NCBI GenBank assembly: GCA_035943355.1
Contig: DASZCG010000251.1
Location: 1 to 52,269, forward strand
Direction of reading: 5' to 3'
Source of the DNA: Gemmatimonadales bacterium
GTDB lineage: Bacteria > Gemmatimonadota > Gemmatimonadetes > Gemmatimonadales > GWC2-71-9
Length of the DNA stretch: 52,269 nt
Made by a program: the position numbers and the translations under genes. This document shows, in pieces, positions 1 through 9,306 of this stretch (the first letter of the stretch is position 1; every line of letters begins with the position of its first letter). Below the pieces are notes generated by a model. The model was not told the DNA's origin. It saw only the letters and a list, made by a program, of their open reading frames with translations, and did not search any database.

Positions 1-2115
1 CCCTTGGACGATCCTGCCGAGCGCCTGGTCGTTGTCGGCAACGCACGCCTTGGGCGTACACCAGCCGGCACTGGTCCCGACGGTGTGATCGCTCGGCAGA
101 TTCATGATCACGAGGTTGGGCATCGAATTCTTGCCTTCCCACTCGCCCAGATGCTCGAGAAATACGTCGGCCTTCGCGACGTCCGGTACTTCCATTGTCC
201 AGCCCGGATACTCCCGCACGAGAACGCGGTCGAGCGACGCGATATCAGAGCGCGTGTTGTACCGTTTGGCAAATACGTTGCGGAAGTAGGCACGGTCGTC
301 CGGCTTGTCGAGGTAGCGCTTGAGCAGCCCCAATCGCACCGAGTCGCTGTCCATGGTGGGCCCCGGTGCATACTCACCAAACACTCGCACCGTTCTGCCC
401 TTGGCTACAGCCGTTTCCCAAATGAAGCCCCCCGCCGAGTAGGCCAGCGGATCCACGCCCTCCGACGGGTAGCTGCGTCCCGTGTACAGCGGCCACATCG
501 GGTACTCAGTCTCCATGCCCTGGGTCAACCAGTTGTGCCCGTCCGCCGAGTTCCCGCCGGATGCGAAGAAGTGGTCGAGCAGCACGAACTGCTCGGCGAG
601 CGCGTGCGCGTTCGGCGTGACCTCGCGCCCGTATTGCAGCGCCGCGCTATCGCTCGCGCCTTTGCCGATGTCGCCGAACACCTGATCGTAGGTGCGGTTC
701 TCGCGAATGATGTAGACGACGTGTTTGACCAGGGACGAATCGCCGGGGCGCTCGGGGACCGCACGGGCTGCAGGCTTGACGGGCGATGCTGGCGTGACTT
801 GCGGCTGCCCCAGCGTGAGCCGGTTGTTCTGCGCGACGGACGTCGTGTACGCGGCCAGCTGCGCCTCTGGCGGCACCTCGATGATGTTCACCGAGCCGCG
901 GTAGGAATGCACGTACCGCCCGGTCTTCCCCGACGCGTGCCCGTTGCCTGAACCAACTCCGAACAGCGATCCCACCGCAAGCATACGGCCATCGGCGCTG
1001 ACGTCGATGTTCGTCGGATACCAGCCAGTGGGGATCAAGCCGCGCAGCTGCCCGCCCGGGATCGAGTAGAGCGCGACGGCGTTCACACCGCCCAGCGCGA
1101 CGTAGAGTGTCGTCGCGTCAGGCGACAGCGCGACAGCCGTTGGCGCGAGACCAATCTTGCGCTCCCGGAACGGCACGATCGCGAGTGTCCTGATCACCGC
1201 CTCGCGGCGCGTATCGATGACGCTCACCGCGTCCGAATTACCGTTGGCGACAAACAGGCGCGAATTCTTTTCGTCCCACGCCATGCCGGTGGGGTGGCGC
1301 CCGACCATAAAGACCTTGGTCACTTTGCCGGCGACGAGATCGACGCGCATCACGCTGCCCGCCTCTGCCCGGCCGCGCTGGTCGACGCGCACCAATTCGG
1401 CAAATGGATCGCAGCACTGCTTTGCCGCACGATCCTTGGCGGTCGGCTTGGGGCCGCCGAGGTTCGAGACATACGCGACGGCTCCATCCGCGCTGATCAC
1501 GGCCGCGACCGGCAGCACGCCGAGCGGAACCTTCTTCAGAAGAGTGCCGGAGTCCGCATCGAGCACGGCGAGCGAGTCGTTCGCCGAGAGCGGCACCACC
1601 ACGACGCGGTGCCCCGACGCGTTGGCCCTCCGCGCCACGGCGGGCGCACCGACGATGTAGTCCCCCAGTGCCGGCGACGCCATGCGCACCGCGACGTTGT
1701 CGCCGTCGTAGGCCGTGAGATGAGCGACCGATTTCGTATGGGCGAGCTCCTGGGAGCCCGGTGTGCGGCTGAGGGCGACGTCGGCGGGCAGAAGACCCAC
1801 GGACGTCACCAGCGTCCGGCCGTTGACGGGATCGATCGCAACACCCTGCACTCCCGCGCGACCGTCGAATGCCGCGCTGCCGAGGACGGCATTGTCGCGC
1901 CAGCCCAGTCGATAGGCGGCGCCATGGATCGCAACCCAGATCTCGCCGGGCTTCGCGCCAAAGCGCACGCCAAAGACGCGGTCGGTGAAGACGCTCTGCA
2001 CCCCGGCGGGGGTGACGCGTTGATCGGTGGCGATGACGCCGGAGTCGGCGACCTCACGGCGGGGCGCAGCGGGCGGTTGTGCACCCTGCAGCAGGGCCAG
2101 GACGGCGATCAGCAT
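1..2115 (-). CDS. Beta-propeller (YncE/YVTN-like repeat) fused to phosphoesterase (phospholipase C / acid phosphatase family) domain; 3' end truncated by window edge
   Basis: Not in the ORF track because it runs off the left edge. Manual minus-strand translation from ATG (2115..2113) is open for all 705 codons down to base 1. N-terminus MLIAVLALLQGAQPPAAP is signal-like. The middle carries repeats such as VISADGAVAYVSNLGG, RLFVANGNSDAVSVID and LSPDATTLYVALGG. The C-terminal half has VKHVVYIIRENRTYDQVFGD and SADGHNW, typical of the phosphoesterase family. Confidence 0.75.
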   Translation of the reverse strand, partial: MLIAVLALLQGAQPPAAPRREVADSGVIATDQRVTPAGVQSVFTDRVFGVRFGAKPGEIWVAIHGAAYRLGWRDNAVLGSAAFDGRAGVQGVAIDPVNGRTLVTSVGLLPADVALSRTPGSQELAHTKSVAHLTAYDGDNVAVRMASPALGDYIVGAPAVARRANASGHRVVVVPLSANDSLAVLDADSGTLLKKVPLGVLPVAAVISADGAVAYVSNLGGPKPTAKDRAAKQCCDPFAELVRVDQRGRAEAGSVMRVDLVAGKVTKVFMVGRHPTGMAWDEKNSRLFVANGNSDAVSVIDTRREAVIRTLAIVPFRERKIGLAPTAVALSPDATTLYVALGGVNAVALYSIPGGQLRGLIPTGWYPTNIDVSADGRMLAVGSLFGVGSGNGHASGKTGRYVHSYRGSVNIIEVPPEAQLAAYTTSVAQNNRLTLGQPQVTPASPVKPAARAVPERPGDSSLVKHVVYIIRENRTYDQVFGDIGKGASDSAALQYGREVTPNAHALAEQFVLLDHFFASGGNSADGHNWLTQGMETEYPMWPLYTGRSYPSEGVDPLAYSAGGFIWETAVAKGRTVRVFGEYAPGPTMDSDSVRLGLLKRYLDKPDDRAYFRNVFAKRYNTRSDIASLDRVLVREYPGWTMEVPDVAKADVFLEHLGEWEGKNSMPNLVIMNLPSDHTVGTSAGWCTPKACVADNDQALGRIVQG

Positions 2116-2124
2116 GTCTTAAAG

Positions 2125-2298
2125 CTAGGGGGTTTTCCCGCGCGCGTTGAGGGTCCAGGCCCAGATCGACAATCCAGCAGCGGCCAGGATCACAATGGGA
2201 TCCTCAACTACAAAATGACCCCGATCGATGATCTCCCAACTGTGGAGCAGGCAGATAAGAGCGAACAGCAGGCCCGTGGTGATCAGATAGGCTTTCAT
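2125..2298 (-). CDS. Small (57 aa) two-helix membrane protein, hypothetical
   Basis: Below the ORF-track size cutoff. ATG at 2298 is preceded by GGGAGG with a 6-nt spacer. Translation is MKAYLITTGLLFALICLLHSWEIIDRGHFVVEDPIVILAAAGLSIWAWTLNARGKTP, stop TAG at 2127..2125. Third codon positions are GC-rich. It ends 9 nt upstream of the phosphoesterase-fusion start. Confidence 0.5.
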   Translation of the reverse strand: MKAYLITTGLLFALICLLHSWEIIDRGHFVVEDPIVILAAAGLSIWAWTLNARGKTP

Positions 2299-2426
2299 CG
2301 AGTGCCTCCCACCCAGGTGATTTCAGCGATGAGACGTGACATGGGACTATGCGTGCTCCCTAAATGACCGTTGGCGGTTGACACCCCACTCGACAAGAAA
2401 CACTCTTTTCGCTGAAAGGGGAGCCG

Positions 2427-3107
2427 ATGGGAGTGATTCCGCTCGGCGATGCCTCGCGTCGCCCAACGCGAACGCCGGTGGTAACGGCGTCGATCATCGC
2501 CGTCAACGTGGTCGTCTTCCTCCTCGAGCTGTCACGCGGGGAGACGTTCGTGAGCACGTGGTCGCTCGTGCCCGCCGATATCGTCGCCGGCCGTCATCTG
2601 ATCACGATCCTGACGTCGATGTTCATGCACGGCAGCGTCTCGCACATTCTCGGCAACATGGTCTTTCTCTGGGCTTTTGGACCTGAACTCGAAGACCTGA
2701 TGGGTCGGCAGAAGTACATCCTGTTTTACCTGCTCGGCGGACTCGCCGCGACGGCCGCCCAGGTTGCGGCCAGCCCGACTTCCACCGTTCCGAACCTGGG
2801 CGCGAGTGGCGCGATCGCCGCAGTGATGGGCGCATTTGTGGTCACGTACCCACACGATCGCATCCGGTCGCTCCTCATCATCTTCATAATCGTGCGCACG
2901 GCCTACATTCCGGCCATCCTGCTGGTCGGCGTGTGGTTCTTGATGCAGCTCGTGAATCTCGGCACGGTGGCACAGCAGCCGCAGCCGGCGGGGGGAGCGG
3001 GGGGCGTGGCGTACGCCGCGCACGTCGGGGGATTCATCTTCGGAGCCGTTACGGCGCGGCTCTTCGAAGGCGGGCGCCGGCCGGCTGCCGCAGGCGTGTT
3101 GACGTAA
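2427..3107 (+). CDS. Rhomboid family intramembrane serine protease
   Basis: GASGAIAAVMGAF (GxSG catalytic Ser) and HVGGFIFG (catalytic His helix), with multiple hydrophobic helices. GGGGAG lies upstream of the ATG. Confidence 0.85.
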   Translation: MGVIPLGDASRRPTRTPVVTASIIAVNVVVFLLELSRGETFVSTWSLVPADIVAGRHLITILTSMFMHGSVSHILGNMVFLWAFGPELEDLMGRQKYILFYLLGGLAATAAQVAASPTSTVPNLGASGAIAAVMGAFVVTYPHDRIRSLLIIFIIVRTAYIPAILLVGVWFLMQLVNLGTVAQQPQPAGGAGGVAYAAHVGGFIFGAVTARLFEGGRRPAAAGVLT

Positions 3108-3132
3108 CCGGGGCAACGAGCCTCACCCAGAG

Positions 3133-3645
3133 CTACGCGCTCGGGTGAGACTGCTTCGCTCCGGGCACCTGGCGCCGCGCGAGCTGCACGGCAGCGCCCG
3201 CAAGACCGGCGACCAGCGCGACGAACCCCCAAGCGGCTCCGGCATCCCCAAAGCCGAGCGTTGCATCGACCGACAACGGGCCAGGACCCGTGAACGCGAT
3301 GCTGACCGAGGCAATCGCCAGGATCAGCGTGTATTCATAACCCTGGTTGTGGTTGAAGAAGCCGTGCTTCAGATGCGCGCTTACCGCTGCCACAGTCATT
3401 ACCGCGACGATCATTGCCGCCGCCACGGGCGTCGCGAGACCGAGCGCCAGCAGGACACCGCCACCCAGCTCCGCGAGCCCCGCAAACAGCGCGTTGCGCC
3501 GTCCAGGCACGAAGCCGAGCTGCTCCAGGAAACCGCCGGTCCCCTGCAGCCCATATCCGCCGAACCAACCGAACAGCTTCTGCGCGCCGTGGGCGGCCAG
3601 TGTCAGGCCCACCACGAGCCGCAGGATCAAGAGTCCGATTGCCAT
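3133..3645 (-). CDS. DoxX family membrane protein
   Basis: N-terminus MAIGLLILRLVVGLTLAAHGAQKLFGWFGGYG is a typical DoxX signature. Four hydrophobic helices. Divergent from an HxlR regulator gene. Confidence 0.85.
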   Translation of the reverse strand: MAIGLLILRLVVGLTLAAHGAQKLFGWFGGYGLQGTGGFLEQLGFVPGRRNALFAGLAELGGGVLLALGLATPVAAAMIVAVMTVAAVSAHLKHGFFNHNQGYEYTLILAIASVSIAFTGPGPLSVDATLGFGDAGAAWGFVALVAGLAGAAVQLARRQVPGAKQSHPSA

Positions 3646-3749
3646 ATGCTCCCTATCACTTTCTGTTGGAGTGGAACTTTCTATCGGCTAGTAAGCTCGC
3701 CATGTCACTCTCCAATGTCAAGAGGCTTTCTTTTGGGAAGGAACTAGCT

Positions 3750-3755
3750 TAGAAT
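3750..3755 (+). promoter_or_regulatory. Candidate -10 box (TAGAAT) 6 nt upstream of the HxlR start codon; leaderless-type geometry
   Basis: The sequence reads gcttAGAATggcagcATG. There is no Shine-Dalgarno and the -35 is weak (TTTCTT/TTCTTT). Confidence 0.25.
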
Positions 3756-3761
3756 GGCAGC

Positions 3762-4097
3762 ATGAAACAGGTCGATTCACACTGCCAAGCGTTCCAGACC
3801 GCGATCGTGGTGCTGGGCCAGCAATGGAACGCCTTGATTCTCAACGTGCTGCAGGCTGGACCGCTGCGGTTCAGCGAATTGTCGGAGCGGGCCCAGGGCC
3901 CGGGCGACAAGGTCCTCTCGGCACGGCTGAAGGAGCTCGAGGCGCGGAGGTTGCTGGTGCGGCAGGTCGATGCCGGACCACCCGTGCGCGTGAGTTACGA
4001 GTTGACGCGCACCGGCCGCACGTTTGGCGAGCTGGCTCAGGCCATCGAACGCTGGGGCCGCGAGCTGCTGACAGCAGAGGCACCACGCCGGCGTTAA
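3762..4097 (+). CDS. HxlR family winged-helix transcriptional regulator
   Basis: [48 protein letters not shown] matches the HxlR wHTH pattern. Divergent partner of DoxX. Confidence 0.85.
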   Translation: MKQVDSHCQAFQTAIVVLGQQWNALILNVLQAGPLRFSELSERAQGPGDKVLSARLKELEARRLLVRQVDAGPPVRVSYELTRTGRTFGELAQAIERWGRELLTAEAPRRR

Positions 4098-4122
4098 CGA
4101 ACCACTCTTTTCCGTTGGGAGC

Positions 4123-5163
4123 GTGAGGGATGTGCAGGTTGGTATTGATAGTTTCGCGGCGGCCTACCTCGAGGAAGCCCGCGCCGTAAGTCCGTCGGAG
4201 CGCATGCGTGAGCTCGTCGCAGAGATCGAGCACGCCGATCAGGTAGGACTGGACGTCTTTGGGATCGGAGAGCATCACCGCAAGGAGTATCTCGATTCCG
4301 CGCCCGCTATGATTCTTGCCGCGGCGGCGGCAAGAACACAACACATCCGCCTGACGAGTGCCGTCACGGTGCTGAGCGCGGCGGATCCTGTCCGAGTCTT
4401 TCAGCAGTTTGCGACGCTCGACCTGCTGTCGCAGGGCCGCGCCGAGATGGTCGTGGGCCGCGGCTCGTCGATCGAGGCGTTTCCGCTGTTCGGTTTCAGC
4501 CTCGACGATTACGACGCGCTCTTTGCCGAGAAGCTCGATCTACTCTTACAGATCCGGGACAACGAGCGCGTGCATTGGTCGGGCAAGTTTCGACCAGCGC
4601 TCACGGGCCAGGGCATCTATCCGCGGCCGTACCAGAATCCGTTGCCGATCTGGATCGGCGTAGGCGGGACACCGCAATCGTTCGCCCGAGCCGGTGTCCT
4701 GGGGCTTCCGCTCATGGTCGCGATTATCGGTGGCGAGCCGCGCCGCTTCAAGCCGCTCGTGGATCTGTACCGCGAAGCCGGCCGGCAGGCGGGCCATTCC
4801 CGAGACCGCCTGAAGGTCGGGGTGCACGCGCTGGGGTTTGTGGCAGAAACAACCGAGGACGCCGCGAACGCCTTTTATCCCGGTTATGCCAGCGCCATCG
4901 CCACCGTGGGCAGAGAACGCGGTTGGCCGCCGATGACACGGGCAAGCTTCGACGCCCAGCGCGGGCCCGAAGGCGCGCTCCTGATCGGGGATCCGGAATA
5001 TGTAGTTGGAAGAATCCGGCACTACGACGACGTGCTAGGCGGGATCGATCGCATCACATTCCAGATGAATGTGACTTCCCTGCCCCATGCCCGGTTGATG
5101 GAAGCGATTGAGTTACTGGGATCGCGGGTCGCCCCGGAGGTCCGCACGGTGCCGGTCACGTAG
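4123..5163 (+). CDS. LLM-class (luciferase-like) flavin-dependent oxidoreductase
   Basis: GTG start. Motifs [50 protein letters not shown] and [11 protein letters not shown] are typical of the luciferase-like monooxygenase fold. Confidence 0.85.
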   Translation: MRDVQVGIDSFAAAYLEEARAVSPSERMRELVAEIEHADQVGLDVFGIGEHHRKEYLDSAPAMILAAAAARTQHIRLTSAVTVLSAADPVRVFQQFATLDLLSQGRAEMVVGRGSSIEAFPLFGFSLDDYDALFAEKLDLLLQIRDNERVHWSGKFRPALTGQGIYPRPYQNPLPIWIGVGGTPQSFARAGVLGLPLMVAIIGGEPRRFKPLVDLYREAGRQAGHSRDRLKVGVHALGFVAETTEDAANAFYPGYASAIATVGRERGWPPMTRASFDAQRGPEGALLIGDPEYVVGRIRHYDDVLGGIDRITFQMNVTSLPHARLMEAIELLGSRVAPEVRTVPVT

Positions 5164-5222
5164 CCCGTCGCACGGACCGCAGGTACCGGTAGATCGCGGG
5201 CGGGCGCTGTGGTCCAACGGAG

Positions 5223-5262
5223 GCAGCCGGCTCGGACACAAGCACCGAGCCGGCTGCGGTTT
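5223..5262. terminator. Candidate bidirectional intrinsic terminator between convergent genes
   Basis: Perfect 13-bp stem: GCAGCCGGCTCGG (5223..5235) pairs with CCGAGCCGGCTGC (5245..5257) across a 9-nt loop. It is followed by GGTTTA, so the U-tract is weak. Confidence 0.5.
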
Positions 5263-5272
5263 ACCGCCGCGT

Positions 5273-6670
5273 CTAGCGATCGGGCTCGAACGCATTCGCC
5301 ATATCATCGGCCGCGGCGTCGCGGTCGGTGAGCGGCGCCAGCCGCCAGCGGCTCTCGATCAACGCGAGGATGGACGTCGTATCGTAGCGGTTGTGATCGA
5401 CGAAATGGCGCTTGGCAAACGGCGAGATCACCAGCGTGGGAACGCGGATGCCCGGTCCCCAGCGATCGACGACGGGCGGCGCGACGTGATCCCAGAAGCC
5501 GCCGTGCTCGTCGTAGGTGATGATGATCGCGGTGGTGGGCCAATCGGGCCCGTTCCGCACGGCGTTGATCAGATCGAGCACGTGATTCTCCCCGGTGATC
5601 ACGTCGGCGTATCCGGGATGCTCGTTCTGGGGGCCGAGAGGCTTGATGAAGGAGACGGCGCGCAACCGGCCGGCTTGTGCCGCAGCGATGAACTCCGACT
5701 CGTCCAGCAAGTGCTCCGCCCTGGCCGCCGTGCCGTCAGCGTAGTTCGCGAAATAGGCGAACGGCTGATGGTGAAACTGGAACAGCGGGTCGGCGTTGCC
5801 GGCGAGCGCGTCATTCCACCCGCCCGAGTACCAGGCCCAGCTGATATGCCGCTCCGATAGCCGGTCGCCGATCGTGGCGAATGTCTGGTTCGGCAGGAGG
5901 TTGGCCGCCGGCGTGGTCGCGGGATGCGGCTGATTGACGGTGAAGATGGTGTTTACGGCATAGCCATCGGGTGTCACTGCGCCGTCCCTGACCAGCGAAC
6001 CGTCCGCGCCGAGCTGCGCCACGATGCCAGCCGGCGCATTCGGGAACGTGGGCGACCGAGCGGCGATGAGCCAGATGTGATTCAGGAATGATCCGCCGAA
6101 CGCGGCATGGAAGAAGTCGTCGCAGAGCGTGTAATTCGCGGCTTCAGCGGCCAGCGGCAGCGGCCCGGTGTGATACATCCCCATCACCTCGCCCTTCGCG
6201 TCGCTGACGAGCGCGAACTTGTCCATGCGGCCGCCATCGATCTGCATTTGCTCCTGGTAGAACCGGTGCACGAGATCGCGGATCAACCGGTCCGCGGGCA
6301 CATAGTCTTCGATTGCGAACGGCGCATTCGGCAGCGTGAGCGGGAATGGCGAGCCGCTGACCTGCGGCAGCGTGGTGAACGGCGTACCACTCGCATCCAC
6401 CTGTGTCTCGGTCGCGGCAGCGTTGCTCAGCCCATCTGCGCCGGGGAATTCGCCGTACAGGTTGTCAAAGCTGTGGTTCTCGAGGTAGATGACGACCAGG
6501 TGCTGCAGACGGTCGGGAATCTTGGTGTTGCGGATTTCGTTCCCATTCCGCTCTGCCGCGAGAGACGGCTGGGGAGGCGCAACCGGTTGGTCGCGCTGGC
6601 ACCCGATGATTGCAAGAGACGCAAGCAAGCAGGCGATCGGGACGAGACGCGGTGCAGAATATCGACGCAT
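5273..6670 (-). CDS. Phosphoesterase family lipoprotein (phospholipase C / AcpA-type acid phosphatase family)
   Basis: Lipobox LAIIGC. Motifs HLVVIYLENHSFDNLYG, ITYDEHGGFWDHV and PGIRVPTLVISPFAK. GGAG lies 7 nt upstream of the ATG. Confidence 0.8.
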   Translation of the reverse strand: MRRYSAPRLVPIACLLASLAIIGCQRDQPVAPPQPSLAAERNGNEIRNTKIPDRLQHLVVIYLENHSFDNLYGEFPGADGLSNAAATETQVDASGTPFTTLPQVSGSPFPLTLPNAPFAIEDYVPADRLIRDLVHRFYQEQMQIDGGRMDKFALVSDAKGEVMGMYHTGPLPLAAEAANYTLCDDFFHAAFGGSFLNHIWLIAARSPTFPNAPAGIVAQLGADGSLVRDGAVTPDGYAVNTIFTVNQPHPATTPAANLLPNQTFATIGDRLSERHISWAWYSGGWNDALAGNADPLFQFHHQPFAYFANYADGTAARAEHLLDESEFIAAAQAGRLRAVSFIKPLGPQNEHPGYADVITGENHVLDLINAVRNGPDWPTTAIIITYDEHGGFWDHVAPPVVDRWGPGIRVPTLVISPFAKRHFVDHNRYDTTSILALIESRWRLAPLTDRDAAADDMANAFEPDR

Positions 6671-6770
6671 GAGTCACTCCTCTGCCGTGGACACGGGCAA
6701 TCGGGACGACGCAAATAGACCGGCGTCCCACCACGGCGAGGCGACTTCCGCGTCAAGTCTCTGTCACGAA

Positions 6771-7607
6771 TTACTCCAGCGACGCGCGCAGAAACGCCAC
6801 GACGTTCGCAATCACCTCGGCGTCACTCACGATGCGGTGGTGGCCCAGGCCCGTCGTGCTAACCAGCTCGGCGCCGGGCCAGGCCTGCGCAATCGCGGCG
6901 CCGTCACCCCAGCGCACTTCGCGATCATCGCGATCGTGGATTACCAGCAATGGCACGCGCATGCCCGGAGCAAAGGCCGGGACGTCCATGCTGCTCCAGC
7001 TGAAGTCCAGGCGCCGAGCCAGCCGCGCGCGCATCGAGCTCATGACCGGCGGTGTCACGCCGAGCAGGGCGGCGAACTGCGCGCTGTAGCTGTTCACGTT
7101 CGCGGAGGGTGCGATGAAGACGGCGCGTCGCGCGGTCAGCCCGCGATGCATCGCGAGTGCGGAGGCGAACCCACCCAACGAATGGCCAACCACCGCGCTC
7201 ACGGGCCCGACCGCCGCGGCCACGGCAATCGCTGCGCGCGCGAATTCCAGCCCCGAGCTGAGCCTTCCCTGCGACACGCCGTGACCGGGCGCGTCGAAGG
7301 TGACGACGCGATGTCCGGCGGCGAGCAGGGCGCCGCCCAGATCCACAAAGCGCGCGCCGCGACTGCCCCAACCGTGCGCCAGCAGGACGCCGGGTCCGCG
7401 CGCGCCCCACGTCCAGGCCGCCACGCGCCGGCGGCCGACGATCACATCGAAGCGTTGCCCATCGCGCAGCCAGGCGGCCATCCGTTCACTGATCGGACGG
7501 CGCGGCGGCGAGCAGAACAGGCGCTCGGCCCAGCGCGCGGCCAGGTCGGGCGAGGCCCGTTGCACGGCGCCGAACGCCGCGCGGGTCAATCGGAGAGTTG
7601 TGCCCAT
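6771..7607 (-). CDS. Alpha/beta hydrolase
   Basis: HGWGS oxyanion region, GHSLGG nucleophile elbow, and C-terminal GLGHHRI histidine. Confidence 0.8.
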   Translation of the reverse strand: MGTTLRLTRAAFGAVQRASPDLAARWAERLFCSPPRRPISERMAAWLRDGQRFDVIVGRRRVAAWTWGARGPGVLLAHGWGSRGARFVDLGGALLAAGHRVVTFDAPGHGVSQGRLSSGLEFARAAIAVAAAVGPVSAVVGHSLGGFASALAMHRGLTARRAVFIAPSANVNSYSAQFAALLGVTPPVMSSMRARLARRLDFSWSSMDVPAFAPGMRVPLLVIHDRDDREVRWGDGAAIAQAWPGAELVSTTGLGHHRIVSDAEVIANVVAFLRASLE

Positions 7608-7704
7608 GGATGCTACCTAAACGCGCCAGCCTACCGCGGGTTTCAGCGGCGCCTCGATGTCCTTCGCCGGCATCTCGAGATAGCAGACCTTTCCGTGAGG
7701 CATG

Positions 7705-8262
7705 TTACTCCTCGTCCTCTTCCTCAAAGTCGTTGTCAGGCAGAAAGATCTCCGCGTACCCGAAGACCGCTGTGCCAGTGATCCGCACGATACTGCCGGA
7801 TTCTTCGTCCAGACCCTTTACGGCGACGTAGCCGAACAGCGCGCGCCCGTCATTCTCGACCCGCACGCCCTCCGGCAAGCGAATCTCCACGTAGCCCATG
7901 AACGAGTGGACGTCGATCGTCGTGATGCCGGGGGCGAACGTCGCGTTGGTCAAATCGAGCTCGACATACCCCATCCGCGCGTTCAGCGTGAGCTGGCGTG
8001 GCACGACGCCGGCAAGCTTGCGCTCCTGCCCCGAGAACGTTGCGCTGATGCTCGTGTCGGTCCGGTGTGCCACGGCCTCGGAAGGAAGACCCGCGACGAT
8101 CGCGTCGAGGTCACTCGCAGTCCGCGCCGCGTACACATCCTGCAGTCGAGCCTCGAGTTGCGCTTCGGTGATCTCGTCGTTGGCAAAATGGCGCGTCAAC
8201 AACTCGATGACACGCTCACGCGCCGCAGCAGGGAGCTGGTCCGGCAGGGGGTTTGGAGACAC
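7705..8262 (-). CDS. DUF1707 (SHOCT-like) domain protein with LiaF-like beta-rich C-terminus
   Basis: The N-terminal ERVIELLTRHFANDEITEAQLEARLQDVYAARTASDLDAIVAGLP matches the DUF1707 pattern. The tail is acidic (DFEEEDEE). Confidence 0.7.
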   Translation of the reverse strand: MSPNPLPDQLPAAARERVIELLTRHFANDEITEAQLEARLQDVYAARTASDLDAIVAGLPSEAVAHRTDTSISATFSGQERKLAGVVPRQLTLNARMGYVELDLTNATFAPGITTIDVHSFMGYVEIRLPEGVRVENDGRALFGYVAVKGLDEESGSIVRITGTAVFGYAEIFLPDNDFEEEDEE

Positions 8263-8277
8263 GTGCTCGAATCTATC

Positions 8278-8790
8278 TCAGCGGGCGACCTTCGCGATGG
8301 TGTCCCAGGTCCGCGTCGTTTGATCCTTGCCGAGCGTCTGCTCGAGCAGCGACATGAAAACGGGGCCCTTGGGCGTCGGTAGATACGCGGTGAAGATCTC
8401 ACTGCCTTTCATTGTGAGGATTCGGGCCCCATCGGCCTCGATGGGAAGCTTGATCTTGACCTTGGGTAGGCCTTTCAGGAATGTCACGATGCGTTTCGCT
8501 TTTGGACTGACGGGGAAGGCGCGATAGGGGTCGGTCGCCAGCAGCTCCCGTAGCTGCTCGATGGGCCGCACAATCGTGAGAAACGTCCGCGCCAAGCGCT
8601 CAAGCATCGCCGTCTCGGCTTTACGCTCCAGGGCCGCTTCGGCCGCGCTGCGGGCATCGAACACGACGTTGCCACTCGACAGAACGGTCGTTACATCGCT
8701 GAATCCTGCAGCCTCGAAGGCAGCCCGAAGATCGGCCATCTTGCAGTTCATGGGCATGACCCCTCGCAGGAACGCGGCATAGCGTGGCAT
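8278..8790 (-). CDS. DUF1697 domain protein
   Basis: MPRYAAFLRGVMPMNCKMADLRAAFEAAGFSDVTTVLSSGNVVF is the characteristic DUF1697 N-terminus. Confidence 0.75.
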   Translation of the reverse strand: MPRYAAFLRGVMPMNCKMADLRAAFEAAGFSDVTTVLSSGNVVFDARSAAEAALERKAETAMLERLARTFLTIVRPIEQLRELLATDPYRAFPVSPKAKRIVTFLKGLPKVKIKLPIEADGARILTMKGSEIFTAYLPTPKGPVFMSLLEQTLGKDQTTRTWDTIAKVAR

Positions 8791-8808
8791 GGGCGGAAGT
8801 TAGCGTCT

Positions 8809-8835
8809 TGTCGAATTCCCGTATCCCCAAACGAC
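8809..8835 (+). promoter_or_regulatory. Candidate ECF-type promoter upstream of the DGPF/sigma unit
   Basis: TGTCGA (8809..8814), a 17-nt spacer, then CGAC (8832..8835), about 50 nt upstream of the first DGPF gene. It resembles the GTCGA-type -35 / CGxC-type -10 architecture I recall for ECF41/42-like sigma factors. That recollection is unverified. Confidence 0.3.
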
Positions 8836-8886
8836 CATTCAGTGTCCGGGGGGTGGGCATATTTCAGAACCACGTGGAGGGAGCCT

Positions 8887-9243
8887 ATGAAATACCTGTG
8901 CCTGGTGTATCAGGAGGAAAAGGAGGAGGTCAACGTCGCCAAGGACGTGATCGAGCGGGCCAAGCGCGACTACTGGGCGTTCACCGAGGACATCAAGAGG
9001 AGCGGCAACTACGTCGGTTCGCACGGGCTGCAGCACACCGACCAGGCCACCACGGTGCGCATCCGCGACGGCAAGCTCTCGACCACCGACGGCCCGTTTG
9101 CGGAAACCAAGGAGCAGCTCGGCGGCTACTTCCTCATCGAAGCGAAGGATCGTACCGAGGCGATTCAGATCGCCAGTCGTATTCCGTCAGCCAAGTGGGG
9201 TTCGGTCGAAGTTCGTCCTGTCTGGTCGCAAAACGGGAAGTGA
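8887..9243 (+). CDS. YciI-like / DGPF domain protein (paralogue 1)
   Basis: The ORF-track ORF starts at 8842. The start is more likely the ATG at 8887, which is preceded by GGAGGGAG. Starts MKYLCLVYQEEKEE and contains TTDGPFAETKEQLGGYFLIEA (DGPF motif). Confidence 0.85.
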   Translation: MKYLCLVYQEEKEEVNVAKDVIERAKRDYWAFTEDIKRSGNYVGSHGLQHTDQATTVRIRDGKLSTTDGPFAETKEQLGGYFLIEAKDRTEAIQIASRIPSAKWGSVEVRPVWSQNGK

Positions 9244-9306
9244 TCACGTGCTGAGTAGCACAAGAACAAGCCCGGGCTCTTGGCCCGGGTTCACCAGGAG
9301 GAGATC

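Noticed and set aside
4-2367. Plus-strand ORFs 4..951, 1157..1660 and 1294..2367
   Set aside because: Arg/Gly-rich antisense frames. The minus strand carries a continuous 705-codon gene with phosphoesterase and beta-propeller motifs.
6489-7781. 430-aa plus-strand ORF spanning the phosphoesterase/hydrolase junction
   Set aside because: It crosses an intergenic region and two well-supported minus-strand genes. Its composition is extremely Arg/Ala/Gly/His-rich.
9244-9306. Short hairpins (GTGCT-GAGT-AGCAC; CCCGGG..CCCGGG) between the two DGPF genes as a possible attenuator
   Set aside because: The stems are only 5-6 bp, CCCGGG is self-complementary by itself, and no U-tract follows. This is insufficient evidence.
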